Source: Tubulanus polymorphus (Eukaryota > Animalia > Nemertea). From it: a stretch of 64,000 nt of DNA. The notes beneath the pieces are model-generated. The model ran no database searches. It was not told where the DNA came from and worked only from the letters and a program-made list of their open reading frames with translations. Both the position numbers and the translations under genes were made by a program. Positions 25,889 through 38,494 of the stretch are shown here, piece by piece. Positions within the stretch are counted from its first letter, which is position 1. Each line of letters begins with the position of its first letter. The stretch spans positions 19,368,560-19,432,559 of the forward strand of contig NC_134027.1 of NCBI RefSeq assembly GCF_964204645.1. The letters run 5' to 3'.

Positions 25889-28800
25889 CACTATTGCACT
25901 TTCGTACCCCCCTCCAAAAATTTTTCATTTCTGCATATTATTAATCAGGAAGGTCTGGAGAATCTAAATAAATTAATCATCATCATCAGTGCCCTAGCCG
26001 TGGGGGCCGTCGCCGCATCACAGCTCGCACAGTTTGTTGCCAATTACTTTTGACCAAAAAAAAAAAATATTTCATGTCAGAATTCTGATAATTTGGGGCC
26101 CATTTCATCGATTCTAACCGACATGTCGGCCACACTAATTACCACCTGAAAATGTCTGAACAAATATATGTCTCAATAAATTAAATTGAATAAATTTCGT
26201 TTTTGGGCATTTAACTTTCCTTCCTCAGAACATCTTAAAATCAATAGCTACACATGAAAATAATGATAACATATGTGTAATTTTAACAGATGGTTATGTT
26301 TGACATCATGGTTTCTGCAAACTTAAACAGCAAACAGGGTTCACTGTTACCTTAGGATTGAGGGCTGGGAGGACCTATGGGATATGGAGTTTAATCCCAC
26401 CAAATGCCAAGTAATCCATATAACTGCACGAAAGCCCATCCCTACATCCTACATGCTACATGGCCATACACTACAGTTGGTGCACCATGCACGATACCTA
26501 GACGTGGACATCGACCATTCGCTAAAGTGGAACCATCATGTATCACGTATATCCACACTGCAAACAAATCCCTAGGTTTCATCAAACGCAACAGCAAAAC
26601 ACCAAACCCCAAAATCAGAGAGACTGCTTACAAGGCCCTGGTTCGCCCACAGCGCGAGTATGCTGCAGCTGCATGGGACCCTTATCTCAAGTCGCAAATC
26701 AGCACCATTGAACAAGTACAGCGCGGGGCTGCACGGTGGGTCCTTTACAATTACAGCCCCCAAGCCAGTGTTAGTGCCATGCTCGCCACCCTCGGCTGGC
26801 CGACCCTCGAAGAGAGCAGAGCTATAGGCCGCCTAACACTCATATATAAAATTGTTTATGGCCTTGTGGCAGTCCCACTACCAGCGAATGTGACCCAACC
26901 CACGCGCCTTACAGGTCGTGGCCAACCCTCCGTCTCATGACCATAAGAGCAACACGTGACTGCTACAAGTACTCTTTCTTTCCAAAAACAAAAGCCCAAT
27001 GGAATATTCTCCCGGCATCAGCTGTCCTGACCCAGTCACCTGAATCCTTCAGGAGGCTGGTATCCATGGCACAAAATCGTCGAAAACCGGCGTCATAGCA
27101 TTTTCGGTCCAGGCGATTTCGGTCCGAATTTCGCGTTCAAAGACACATAATTCGTGAACTATTCATTGGAAGTTAACGGGATTAGTTTCGTTAGAAGCAG
27201 GAAGCAGGAAGCAGGAAGCAGGAAGCTATTAGCTTTCATATCATGCCTGGATTATAGAAATCGGATAAGAAATAACGAAAAAGTAAGTGACTGAAGTTGA
27301 GTAGTTTGTGAGCGTCGTTAGCCCCCTTGTTATTTTATATATACTATATACATTGGATTAACAGATTATCGTTTTTACATTACCTACAACTCTGATACGA
27401 GCCCCTGTTAGCTATATCCATAAAAAATTCAAATAGCTCCAATCTTACTGAAAGAGAGCTTGTTGGAATGGGGAGGGCTCAAATAACAATATGCTTTTTA
27501 AATTTTTGAATTATCTTCAGTAGTTTTCGAGATATCGCAAATTGAAATTTGAAAATTTGAGCGAAAAGTGTCTTCATGTTTCAATACACAAAAACTGTGA
27601 TCTAAGAAGGCAATATTTCATGTAAACAAACTTCAATATCTCTTTTTCTCTAGAAATTTAAAGAGCAATACACTCATAGCACTTTCAGGTGACAGTTGAA
27701 AGACCCAAAATTTGTATCTGATTCCAAATGCCTATGGTTTCCATGGAAACCAGCCAAAAAATGGTAAAATAATGAAAATATCGATGTTAGATCAAAAGTT
27801 ATGATGTAGAAAGGGGATAGAATAACTAGTTATCAATAGTTTATGTTTGCCCTAAGTTTATCTAGGAATATCTATTATTATATAGATTATTATTATTAGG
27901 TTTCCATGGTAACGGCAAGAAAAAATTTGAAATATTGAGAAATATTGATATGATTTCAGATGAAATTATTGTTTTCGCTACATAATTTTTGAAATGAATA
28001 AACATGATTATCAAGGCCTGTCAGTTAGGTCTATAGCCATAGGCTCCTATGGCAAATTGATTTAAATATACCAATTTTATATATTAGGCCTATTTGCTAA
28101 ATGAATTTTAATTAAGAAAAGCAGAAAATTAGGCTTGGCCTAGCTCAAAACGCTGAAATTTGAAATATATTCATGATATCATAATAAAATCAATCAGTTT
28201 AGAAACATAAACCAAGCAATAGTAATAATACTACTAATAATAACTAAATAATAATCCATTTGTTTTGTTCTGAGCTAAATTTCAACAATATTTTATATAT
28301 ATTTAAATTTTGCTGCTTTTGGAAAATCTCCTCGGGAGCCTCACTGTCCCATCACGCGCCTCTATTTTTGCCCGTCACAAGCCTCAATTCATCACATTAG
28401 ACGCCTCCCTCTTTCAACAGCCGCTTTACCGACGGGAGCGTAGTGGCGATCCGCGCGCAAAAAAATTTTTTTTGCCGATCATTTCGCTAAATCTGTCCTA
28501 ATATTCAGAAATATAGTGATGAATAATTATGAATCGGAAAATAAATACAATAATTCACCGCTAGACCGATGAATAATTGTTGAATATTGATCTCATCACG
28601 AGCAGCGCGGCGCATCGTCATTCAATAACAAGTGCCGGCCGCCAATTTGTATCGCTCGCTTCAACGCAAAACTTAGACATCGACTTTTCCGGCAGCGATC
28701 GCTCAGCCCCGAAACGAAATAAAATCATGCGGTCTTCAGTATTTGAATTTAAGATCCTAAACCTTCCGATTCCTGATGATTCGTCGCTTATTCCGGGTCC

Positions 28801-29140
28801 TAAGCTGACAAATTTTGCTCTTGAAAAAGGCTATATTTCGATTTCTATTTTCTTCGACTAAAATGTGGATTTATACACTAAAGTAAACCAACCCCCAAGT
28901 GATAAAGATCGATCTTATTGGTTGATTCCAAAAGATTTTAGCTCATTTGCATTGATAGACAGGTTTTATAAATGATTTTACTACGACATGTCAAAACGCG
29001 TAGTAAAACGCGCATCACACTTTTCCTAATCAATAATGGTCGTCCCAATCGATAGTGGCGCCCCGCGCGGACATGAATTTACCTACCCCTGTGCTTCAGC
29101 CAGGAAATTTTTGGTAGGGGGGTATGAAAGTGCAATAGCG
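25889..29140. mobile_element. Non-autonomous TIR element with CAC/CGC termini (superfamily unresolved)
   Basis: TIR cactattgcactttcgtacccccct / aggggggtatgaaagtgcaatagcg; 27407-29075 is near-identical to 55515-57176; no clear TSD. Confidence 0.7.
26360..27075 (+). mobile_element. CR1-clade LINE 3' fragment
   Basis: Frameshifted WDMEFNPTKCQVIHIT, YKALVRPQ.EYA..AWDP and downstream SFFPKT...WNILP motifs. Confidence 0.85.
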
Positions 29141-29589
29141 TCATTATTTCTGTGATATATAAATTTTTTAAAGACCCACATGGGTTATCCTGCAACATTT
29201 TCTGAACTGAACTGAACATTTTAAGCGCCTATGCTTTACTTCACTCGGTTGATTTCCGGGTTTTACAACGGCAACGCCAGCCAGAGTCAGAGAGAGGGGC
29301 AAAGAACGGCAAAACGGCAATAAAATAAGGAGTCTACACTCTTTAAAAGCAGAGAAAATAATTCATATGAACTGTTTGAAGATAGATCTGACATTATAAA
29401 CTTACGTGAGACCAGCTTGACGCCAGAATGCGACCATTTTCGATAATTTAATCGTAAATTTAGCCCAAATAATTGAGAATGCGAGATGGCCGAAAGGTCA
29501 AGGTTTGCGGATATCATGCTATTTACCGACAAAAAACGATAAAGACTTAGGCCAAGTTACGGGCAAAAGGTAGAAAGTTTCTAATGTCC

Positions 29590-30269
29590 GATAAGATAAG
29601 ATAAGATAAGATAATTTATTACTCTCCAACCATTTCCATGGTACGTGGAGGAAAAAAAGATTTTGTTTACAAATATTTACATATCGAGAGAAAAAAAAAA
29701 ATATTTTAAAAACATAACAAGAGTATTTACAATATATACAAATACAGGGTACTATTTACAATTGACAGACTACAGGGGGGATCTATATACATCTAAACCA
29801 TCTTTTATAAATTGTGCTAATTGAAAATTTGGAGTTTTTAATATATCAAAGTTTCTAAATGTTTCTAACTTCGGAATGGTATTGCGAAGTTCGGTAAGAA
29901 TCTTACAATCAAAGAGAAAATGTAATTCATCCCCAAAAACATTGCAGATTGGGCACATTCTTTCGTTTCTAGGTATATGGAGATTAGAAAATCTATGTAC
30001 AGGTAATAGGTGGGATCCTATTCTAAACTGAAAAAAACTAAAAACACAATAAATCACCTAGTTGGTTAATATAATTCTCAAATTTAATATCGTTTTTGTA
30101 TTCCCTGAAATTAATATATAACGGATTATTATTGATTTTGAAAATAGTCTCTTGTGCATACTGGTCACGTAGAATTTGTCTTACATATCTTGAGAACGCC
30201 CTAGAACTTTGCATATATTGTTGCATCCATACATAGGACAGACCGCAGTCATCAAAGGTTTGTTTAATA
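29590..30269 (-). mobile_element. RTEX-like LINE 3' fragment
   Basis: ORFs 30038-30295 and 29770-30057 (CPICNVFGDELHFLFDC); conserved 3' hairpin; (TTATC)n tail; possible TSD ccgat. Confidence 0.9.
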
Positions 30270-31513
30270 CCGATCGACAGTACCGGTAGCGCCACTACTT
30301 AGCAATAATAAGAACTAATGTTATTGACGATGTTTTGTTAAGTGGAAAGACGCCGAGTACCAGTATATATCCAATAGGTTCGAATCCCCAAATTCTTCGG
30401 GATGATTTGATTTTAAAATAGCGATCGTTTTAATAGATTTGGTGTACCTTATTAAACTTACCCACCGTCAACACACCTGCCGGATGTGAAACAGGGGACG
30501 TCCTATTCCAATGACGCTAAAGATTTTTTGTGAATTTTATGGTACTGTAATGGCGGTATGAATTAAATTCAGCTTAGACTGAGAGTAAAGTATTTTAAGG
30601 CAAACTCTAATGGGCTAACTGCACATCGTCGAAAGACTTCTCATCCATCGATACTTGATAAAAATGAAATAAAACATCTAGTTCCAATTATCTCATGTAA
30701 GCATAACATTTATTTTGAAAATCTCAACCATACATCAAAACATTTTAAAGCCTTCTATATCAAATGCATTCTTTTGCTAACATAAACAATAGACAAATGG
30801 CCATATCTCTATCATATTAATTATATCACGAATGCTAAATATTGCGATATTAATTGAAATCGTTCAACCAACAAATGAATTTAGTTAACATAATATCATC
30901 ACAAACCATTCATATCCTTGGCAAAGGACTTATAAGCTTTTAGAATATCCAAACAGGAAAACTTTAGTCTCATTTCTATGCGAGTAGAAATACATTATCA
31001 TTATAACATCCATATCTTTGCATTATATATAACATCCATATCTGTGCATTATATATATGTTTATAATGTCATATCTCTTAATAATAATCAATCCAATAAT
31101 TAGATTAATAATACTAATTTATTTATAAATTAATAATTGATAATTAAACTATAAAATCTGCTATAATTGAGTTACACATGAGGTAAAAAAAATTATGACA
31201 TAAAAACTCCTGTCAGAGTAATAGAAGTAACTGTCTAATACATGAAATAACACATTTTATACAATGAACTGAGCTCTGAATCTGATATAAATATTCAATC
31301 TGAGATCTTACGAATGATGTTATTTTAGCCCTCTACTTCTGAAAACTGAATAGCGCGCTGTGAACTTCAACTTCAAAACAAATTTGTTGAACAGCAGTGT
31401 ATCGAAAAACTGTACGTACAGTGTACCGCGATCTGAACGCGGCGTCTTCTCACTTAGAAAATTATCGACTTGACAGATTAGTTCGATTTTCGACCGCGGC
31501 GGCGCTATACGAC

Positions 31514-32018
31514 ATTAATTTTAGACAATATAAGAAGGATATCAAATTTGAAAACTATATAAATCGGCTTGATGACGACTTAGTGACCAGCTTATTCCAG
31601 TTCAGGATTGGGTCTTATCTCCTACCTGTAAATAAATTGTCAAATCTCCATCTACCGAGAACCGATAGATTATGCCCCACCTGTAACGTTTTAGGCGACG
31701 AACTACATTTCATTTTTGACTGTAAATTACTTACCGTATTCCGTGAAAGCTACCTAAATTCAAATACCTTTCGGAATCTTGATGTTTTAAAAAATCCAAC
31801 TTTTAAACTTGCTAAATTTATCAAATTAGGTCTGGATGTATATAGATCCCTCCGGTAGTGTGTGTAAATAGTATGTTGTATATAACGTTTGTTATGTTTC
31901 AAAGTGCTTTTATCTACTGTTTTTGTAAATAATTGTAAATACTGTTTCTTTTCCTCCATATACCATGGAAATGGTTGGAGTGTAATAAATATTCGTATTC
32001 GTATTCGTATTCGTATTC
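31514..32018 (+). mobile_element. RTEX-like LINE 3' fragment
   Basis: INFRQYK...CPTCNVLGDELHFIFDC...YRSLR; conserved 3' hairpin; (ATTCGT)n tail. Confidence 0.9.
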
Positions 32019-32066
32019 AAAAGAAACTTTCTACCTTTTGCAAGTTACGGGCGGGTTCTATTATAC

Positions 32067-32105
32067 CATAGAACTATAACGGAACTATTCCGTTATAGTT
32101 CTATG
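32067..32105. mobile_element. 39-bp foldback mini-MITE with P-type termini
   Basis: Perfect 18-bp arms catagaactataacggaa / ttccgttatagttctatg, 3-nt loop, 7-bp direct repeat attatac on both sides. Confidence 0.75.
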
Positions 32106-32552
32106 ATTATACGAGAGAATGCTTAGATCCGGTTCAGCTTAATAGGCCTAATTGAGATTTCAATCCGAATATCATTTACCTATGCAAAAATGAACGTTAG
32201 ATAATTTCCTCTATGCTGGGGTCCCCAAAAGTCTTTTTATCATCCTTGCCTAACTCGAAATCACCGCAATCGGAATTGGTAAATTTGGGAAGTATATACT
32301 ATCAGGATTTGAATTTTATATTTAATTTGATGCTCGAAGATATACAGTACGATACTTGCACTTTTTCTTGTAAATATTTTTGTTCTATGCCTACGAACAG
32401 TATATAGTTTTTTGATTCGTTGTTCATTGATGATCATGTAATTTGATTATGATGAATTACTAACTTGTAACACCCAACGGAATCCACCCATTTATTCTTC
32501 TGACATTTAGCCGACACCATTCGGTCGTCTGACAATTAGTCCCTCTTTGAAA

Positions 32553-32665
32553 CACAGGGGCTCGTACCAGAGTTGTAGGTAATGTAAAAACGATAATCTG
32601 TTATTATAATGTATTAACAGATTATCGTTTTTACATTACCTACAACTCTGATACGAGCCCCTGTG
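32553..32665. mobile_element. 113-bp foldback MITE with P- or hAT-type termini
   Basis: ~51-bp near-perfect arms starting cacaggggctcg; 8-bp TSD ctttgaaa (32545-32552 and 32666-32673); one arm also occurs at ~27357-27408. Confidence 0.85.
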
Positions 32666-34054
32666 CTTTGAAATAACCAAAGACAAAATCAGTTTTAGTG
32701 TCTCATAGACCTCACAGTCTAAAGGAGAGTATAAAACTAAATGTGACCACCCATCGGCTTGCACTACTCGGTTCCTGAATACTGTGACACACTTCAAGAC
32801 GTCCAGGCAAGTGATGACAAAAATTATCAAGTTTATTATCATATTCATTTTATTTAGAAAAGAATAGTATCAAAATTCAGTGTCATAAACATCGGCACGC
32901 AAACTTAAAACATGTACAGAAATGACGAGATTCTTTTCACAATGATATTTTGATAAATGTTGAATCTAAAAATCTTTCTTCCCACTTACTCCCACCATGA
33001 AAACATTTCTATGAATCAAATTGACATGAATGAAAACAATATAGGGCTACTCTGCCATTTTAAATTTGGAACAGCTGCAGTTCATGAAAAAAGTTCTAAG
33101 CCTACTATTTATTTAAGACCACTTATTTATTTGGAAGTGAAATACCAAAGAAATTTCATCAAAAATGTTCATGCCATTACCTAGGGTGTAAAAATCTAAC
33201 TAGGACTAAAGTACATGATATACAGCTTTACATGAAAAATATCTGGATGGCAAAACATATTTCCAACGCAGTCAAACCTGCTTAATCTGGATTTTGGTCT
33301 AATCCGGACATTATTTGCAGTCCATACAAGAAAATCATCTTTTAATCTGTATATTTATGTTATGAGATTGGCATGAACCATTGCCATTTTTACGAAAGTT
33401 CGACTCGATCGCAGCAAATCGTTCCTGAAATCGATCGTAAAAATCGGATGCTCGTAAAAACCCCTTAGGACAATAATACAAACTGATGAAACGAAACAAT
33501 GAAATTGAAAAAACTCAAAAAATCAAGACTTATTCATATATTTTATCAACTGTAATTTAGTATTTGATAAGATATTATTGAAACACAATTTTTTTTTAAA
33601 TAGACGTTGACATGTTAGAAAATCTTAAAAAAATACATTGTCGTTTCATTTTGTAGGTTTTACGTAAAAACTTGTGGATCACCTTGTCCGTCATGCCACA
33701 AGTATGCAATACAGAGAAAATGGCGCCCAATGGCAGAATTTGAGAATTGTGTTAAATTCCCAAAAAATGTTGATTAATCACTCAAAGCATACATAAAATT
33801 GGATTATTTCCAAAGGTTCCTGCACTAGTTTCTGAATTATCCTGTTTGCTACCATTAGCGATAGAAATTTTGGTCGCTTATTTTGCCTAATGTATACCAT
33901 AGCAACTAATATTTTGGTCGGCTGTATATGACCTGTTAAGTGTGCTAGTACAGCACAGCACACTTCTACCCGGTACATAGGTGTTTATTGATTAGCAGGA
34001 GACTGTCTGCTTACATTATAGTTCCTTTTCAACTGTATAGGCGTCACCACGTAC

Positions 34055-34399
34055 GATCTAAAAATCGAAAAAGCGACAGTCGATTCGATTCAATTTGCGC
34101 GTTCGCATCGTCTTGGAAAGAAAAAAACGGGACAGAAAAAACCGCGCGCGATTGTGGCTAAATTTGAGCATTACAAGGATAGAGAACAGGTTAGATTAGC
34201 GGCGCGTAACCTCCGTGGAACGTCACTTGGACTTAGCGAACAGGTCCCCGAGGAATGGGCTGCGCGCAGACGAGAGAAACTGCCCGAATTACGAGCGGCA
34301 AAAGCGAGCGGTAAGCGTGCGTTTTTCGTCCGGGACAAGTTGATTATACGTGATCAGCGCGATCATCGCGATAATGCTAATTCGATGGATCATTATTAG
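34055..34399 (+). CDS. LINE ORF1 C-terminal part (L1-like RRM/CTD type)
   Basis: IQFARSHRLG...PRAIVAKFEHYKDRE.V...A..L.G.....SEQ.P pattern typical of L1-type ORF1p; ends TAG 34397-34399. Confidence 0.8.
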   Translation, partial: DLKIEKATVDSIQFARSHRLGKKKTGQKKPRAIVAKFEHYKDREQVRLAARNLRGTSLGLSEQVPEEWAARRREKLPELRAAKASGKRAFFVRDKLIIRDQRDHRDNANSMDHY

Positions 34400-37300
34400 C
34401 ACGCTGTGGAGGGTTCGTATATTGAATATTTGGACCGGATTGTTATTTTATCTCGTAATCGTTGTTTCGCGATTGATTTCATCGGTTATAGCGGTGATTG
34501 TGTAAATAGTGACGACTGTGCCGTTGATGATGAGTTTAGTGTAAATACGAACGAATCCGATGTAAATAATCCTCAGAAAGAAGCGTTGAGATTCGTAAAT
34601 GATCTTAGTGTAAATAACCGTGTTAATACGAACAAAACTAATGCGGATAACTCTCGGAAAGAAGCGTTGAAAATCGCAGGTTTAAATGTGTGCGGTTTAT
34701 CCCGCAAACTTGATTTTCCTGAATTTAATGAATTTATTGCTTGTTTTGACATTGTTTGTTTAAGCGAAACCCATCTTGATGATGCGGACGGTGATTTAGC
34801 TTGTAGCTTACCTGGGTCCCATGTGGCCCACTTTAAAAACAGAAAAAAGTTGTCGAAGAAAAGTTCTGGTGGTATAGGTATAATCTATAGAGATAATTTA
34901 CGCGGTAAAATCAAACCAATACCGACCGATTGTTCTTACGTATCGTGGTATTTTCTAGACAAAACTTTATCTAATCACTCGAAAAATGTTATTTTAGGTG
35001 CAGTCTATATTCCCCCTGAGGGAAGTAGATTCTATTCAGAAAATGCTTTTCATGAAATTGAACTTGAGTTATTGCAATTGAAGATTGAGCACAATTGCAG
35101 TGTGCTAATCACAGGTGATTTTAATGCGCATACTTCCTGTGTCCCTGACCTTTTAGAACCTGATAATTACGTAATCGACAATGATCAGTTGTGCCATTCA
35201 GACTCGCAACAGCTGTATAAACATGTCATACCCACTAAACGAAACAATAGAGACAAAAGGACAAATAACTCTGGCTACCAGCTTGTTGACATGTGTAAAA
35301 ATCAATCGTTAGTTATTCTTAATGGGAGATGTGGAAATGATCTGCCCGGTAATTACACCTTTAGGGGTACCAGTGTCATTGATTACTGTGTCTGTGATAT
35401 CGATCTGTTCCGTTTTATCTGTGATTTTGAAATTATGCCTTTTGACCCTCTTCTGTCAGATGGACATAATGCAATCAAATTGGGCTTACAAACAAACAGC
35501 AGTGTTACTGATAGTATCTCGAATGATGATATAACTACTGATACATGTACAGAGAGTCCATCGATACGATGGGATGAGGATAAATCAGAACAATTCTTTG
35601 CATCGGTCGAACTAAACTTAACTGAAATTGACTTCAACAATTTACTTCTAAACGGATTAGAAAATACAGACAATCAATCTCTGAGCGATATCAACGAGCT
35701 TACTATTAAATTTGTTTCTACCTTACTAAACAGTGCCTCGGAATGTAAATTGCTCCATCGCAAAAGAACTAATCGCAAGAGACCAACTTATAATAAATGG
35801 TTCACTAGAACCTGCAGAACTGCTAAAAAAGAATATAAGTATAGGAGGAACAGATACAGATGCTGTCCTTCCCCCTCGAATCTAGATTCTTTGAAACGAT
35901 CATCTAAAAAGTATAAGAAAATAATTAGTGAAAGCAAACGAAAGCAGAGGGAAGAACTTATTAGGGAACTTAGGCAATGCGAAATAGATGATCCGAGGAG
36001 ATACTGGTCGATGCTTAATTCCACTGGCAGTACAGAAACTGATAATCACAACATTAATGTTGATCAGTTTTTCGAGCATTTCATGAAATTAAATGATTTA
36101 GGCGAGACACAGGACAAGCACGATATTGTTGACAATCAGATGCCTATCTATGATAATCATATTCTCAACCGCGAGATAGATACTGATGAAGTAATAAAAG
36201 CGATCTCACTACTTAAGAATAAAAAGGCATCTGGCATCGACGGGATTACAAATGAATTGCTAAAAGTCAACCGATATCCCTATTTAGTTAATATTTTGCA
36301 AAACCTATTCAATCTTGTTCTAAGGACTGGCCATGTACCGGATACTTGGTCGATTGGGGTGATCAAACGGATCTACAAGAACAAAGGTGATCCCGACGAT
36401 CCCGATAATTACAGAGGCATCACTCTAGTGAGCTGCCTAGGAAAACTGTTTACGAGCATATTGAATCAGAGACTATCTCTATTTTTAGATGCAAACAATA
36501 TTATAACTGAAGCCCAGGGTGGTTTCAGATCTAAATACTCGACAGTTGATCATATCTACACTCTTAAAACCATTGTTGAACTGTACCTTGGCCAGGGGAG
36601 AAGACTGTTCTGTGCGTTCGTAGATTTTAAAAAGGCATTTGATTCAATCTGTAGAGTAACTCTTTGGAAGAAACTTATTAGTAATTGTATTACAGGAAAC
36701 TTCCTGAACGTTATTAAAAGCATGTACGACTCTGTAAAATCGTGCGTAAAATATAATGGCAATACCTCACAATATTTCACTGCCGGCAGAGGTTTGAGAC
36801 AGGGCGAAAATCTATCACCAATCCTATTTTCACTCTATTTAAATGATATAGAGGCATTTTTCGTGGGTAATGGTAATCCAACTCTCTCATTTATAGAAAA
36901 GCTGAATTCGGACTGCGATCATGATCTTGACACCCTGTTAAATCTATTTATTATTCTGTATGCAGATGACACAGTTATCTTAGCTGAGGATGAAAATTCA
37001 CTGCAGTCGCAGCTGGATACTTTGTATGCATATTGTTTAGAAAACGATTTAACGGTTAATATCGATAAAACTAAAGTTTTAATTTTTGCAAGAAGTAAAT
37101 GTAGGATCAAGATAGATACAAAGTTTATGTTTGGCACAGATGAGATTGAGATCGTTGAGGACTATCTATACCTGGGAGTTAAGTTCAATTGGAATGGCAG
37201 TTTCGCCAAAGCAAAAAAAATATCTATATGACAAGGCAATGAGAGCAATGTTCTCGGTAATACAAAAAGGCAGACGCTTGAAGCTCCCGATAGATGTTTT

Positions 37301-38117
37301 GCTGAAACTATTCGATATGTGCGTCGCACCCGTTGCGTTATATGGTTGTGAGATATGGGGCTTTGAAAGCCTCGATTTATTAGAGAGTCTGCACTGTACG
37401 TTTTGCAAAATTATTATGAAAGTGTCAAAATATTCGCACAACCTGCAGGTATTAGCTGAACTTGGGCGGTACCCCATGAGTATCGAGGTAAAACGGAGGA
37501 TGGTAAACTTTTGGCTTAAAACTGTTACCGGCAAAGATTCAAAACTTAATGCAATCCTGTACCGTATATCCCTCAATCTGTATGTACGCGAAAAACACAA
37601 ATCCCCTTGGTTATTGTATATAAAGAAAATATTTGACGACATTGGCTTATCTTACATATGGTTACAGCAATACACGGAAAATTATAAAACGCTCTCCAAG
37701 TACGTGAAACAAGTCCACCGTGACCAACACGTACAAGAAATGCTTCAAAAAGTGAATGACGATCAGCAGTATGTTAATTTCAAACTATATAAGAACGATG
37801 TTAGGCTTGAAAAATATATAACTCAACTTGACGGAAGTCTTGTGCATAGCTTATTCGAATTCAGAATTGGTTCCTATTTATTACCGGTAAATAATCGATC
37901 GAACGCTCATATAGACCGAAGTGAAAGACTGTGCCCTGCCTGTAACACCGTAGGAGATGAGCTTCACTTCATTTATGACTGCACTTTGCTAAGTGATCTG
38001 CGTGATAATTCCATCCATTTAAGTATGTCCAGAAACTTGGAAATATTAAGGAATCCTACCCCACAACTAGCTAAATTTATCCAGTTAGGTTTAAGTTTAT
38101 ACAAATCCCTCCAGTGA
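34400..38117 (+). CDS. LINE ORF2 (APE endonuclease, RT, Cys-rich C-terminus), one frameshift at an A-run near 37213-37220
   Basis: LNVCG, SETHL, GDFNA, VIDY, SDGH; QGENLSP, YADD; CPACNTVGDELHFIYDC. Confidence 0.9.
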
Positions 38118-38494
38118 ATTGTGTATATACGTGTGATATATCTTGCTGTATATAATTCAATCTCTGTACTTGCTTTGTTTGTAAATAGTTTTATTACTGA
38201 AAGTTTGATTTTAAATTTTGTTAATTCCTATTTTGTTTTGTATATATGTATATAATTCTGTTCATGTTTTGTAAATTTTTATATTCCATATTTTGTATTC
38301 AATCTTGCCTCCACGTACCATTCTTATGGTTGGAGTGAAATAAATATCTTATCTTATCTTATCAAAATAAGCTAACGCCATCTGGCGCAGAGCGTGCACT
38401 ATTATCAAGTAGCGAAAGGGTTAAGCCATTATTGTGGACTCAAGTCAATAGAAAATATATTTTTGAAGTGTTACTTTTCAACCAAGTTTAGGCG

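Larger units (their letters stand above)
29563..32041. mobile_element. Non-autonomous Mutator-like (MULE) element
   Basis: Perfect 20-bp TIR gcaaaaggtagaaagtttct / agaaactttctaccttttgc with G..C termini and 9-bp TSD aagttacgg (29554-29562 and 32042-32050). Confidence 0.8.
34055..38363 (+). mobile_element. RTEX-like LINE, 5'-truncated within ORF1, ORF2 essentially complete
   Basis: ORF1 remnant, APE-RT ORF2, 3' hairpin, AATAAA and (TCTTA)n tail ending at 38363. Confidence 0.95.

Noticed and set aside
27195-27226. (GCAGGAA)n repeat
   Set aside because: Simple local slippage within a transposon; nothing further supportable.
29553-29600. LINE target resembling an snRNA (U2-type target specificity)
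   Set aside because: It does not match U2 or other snRNAs I know, and is explained as a MULE TIR plus TSD.
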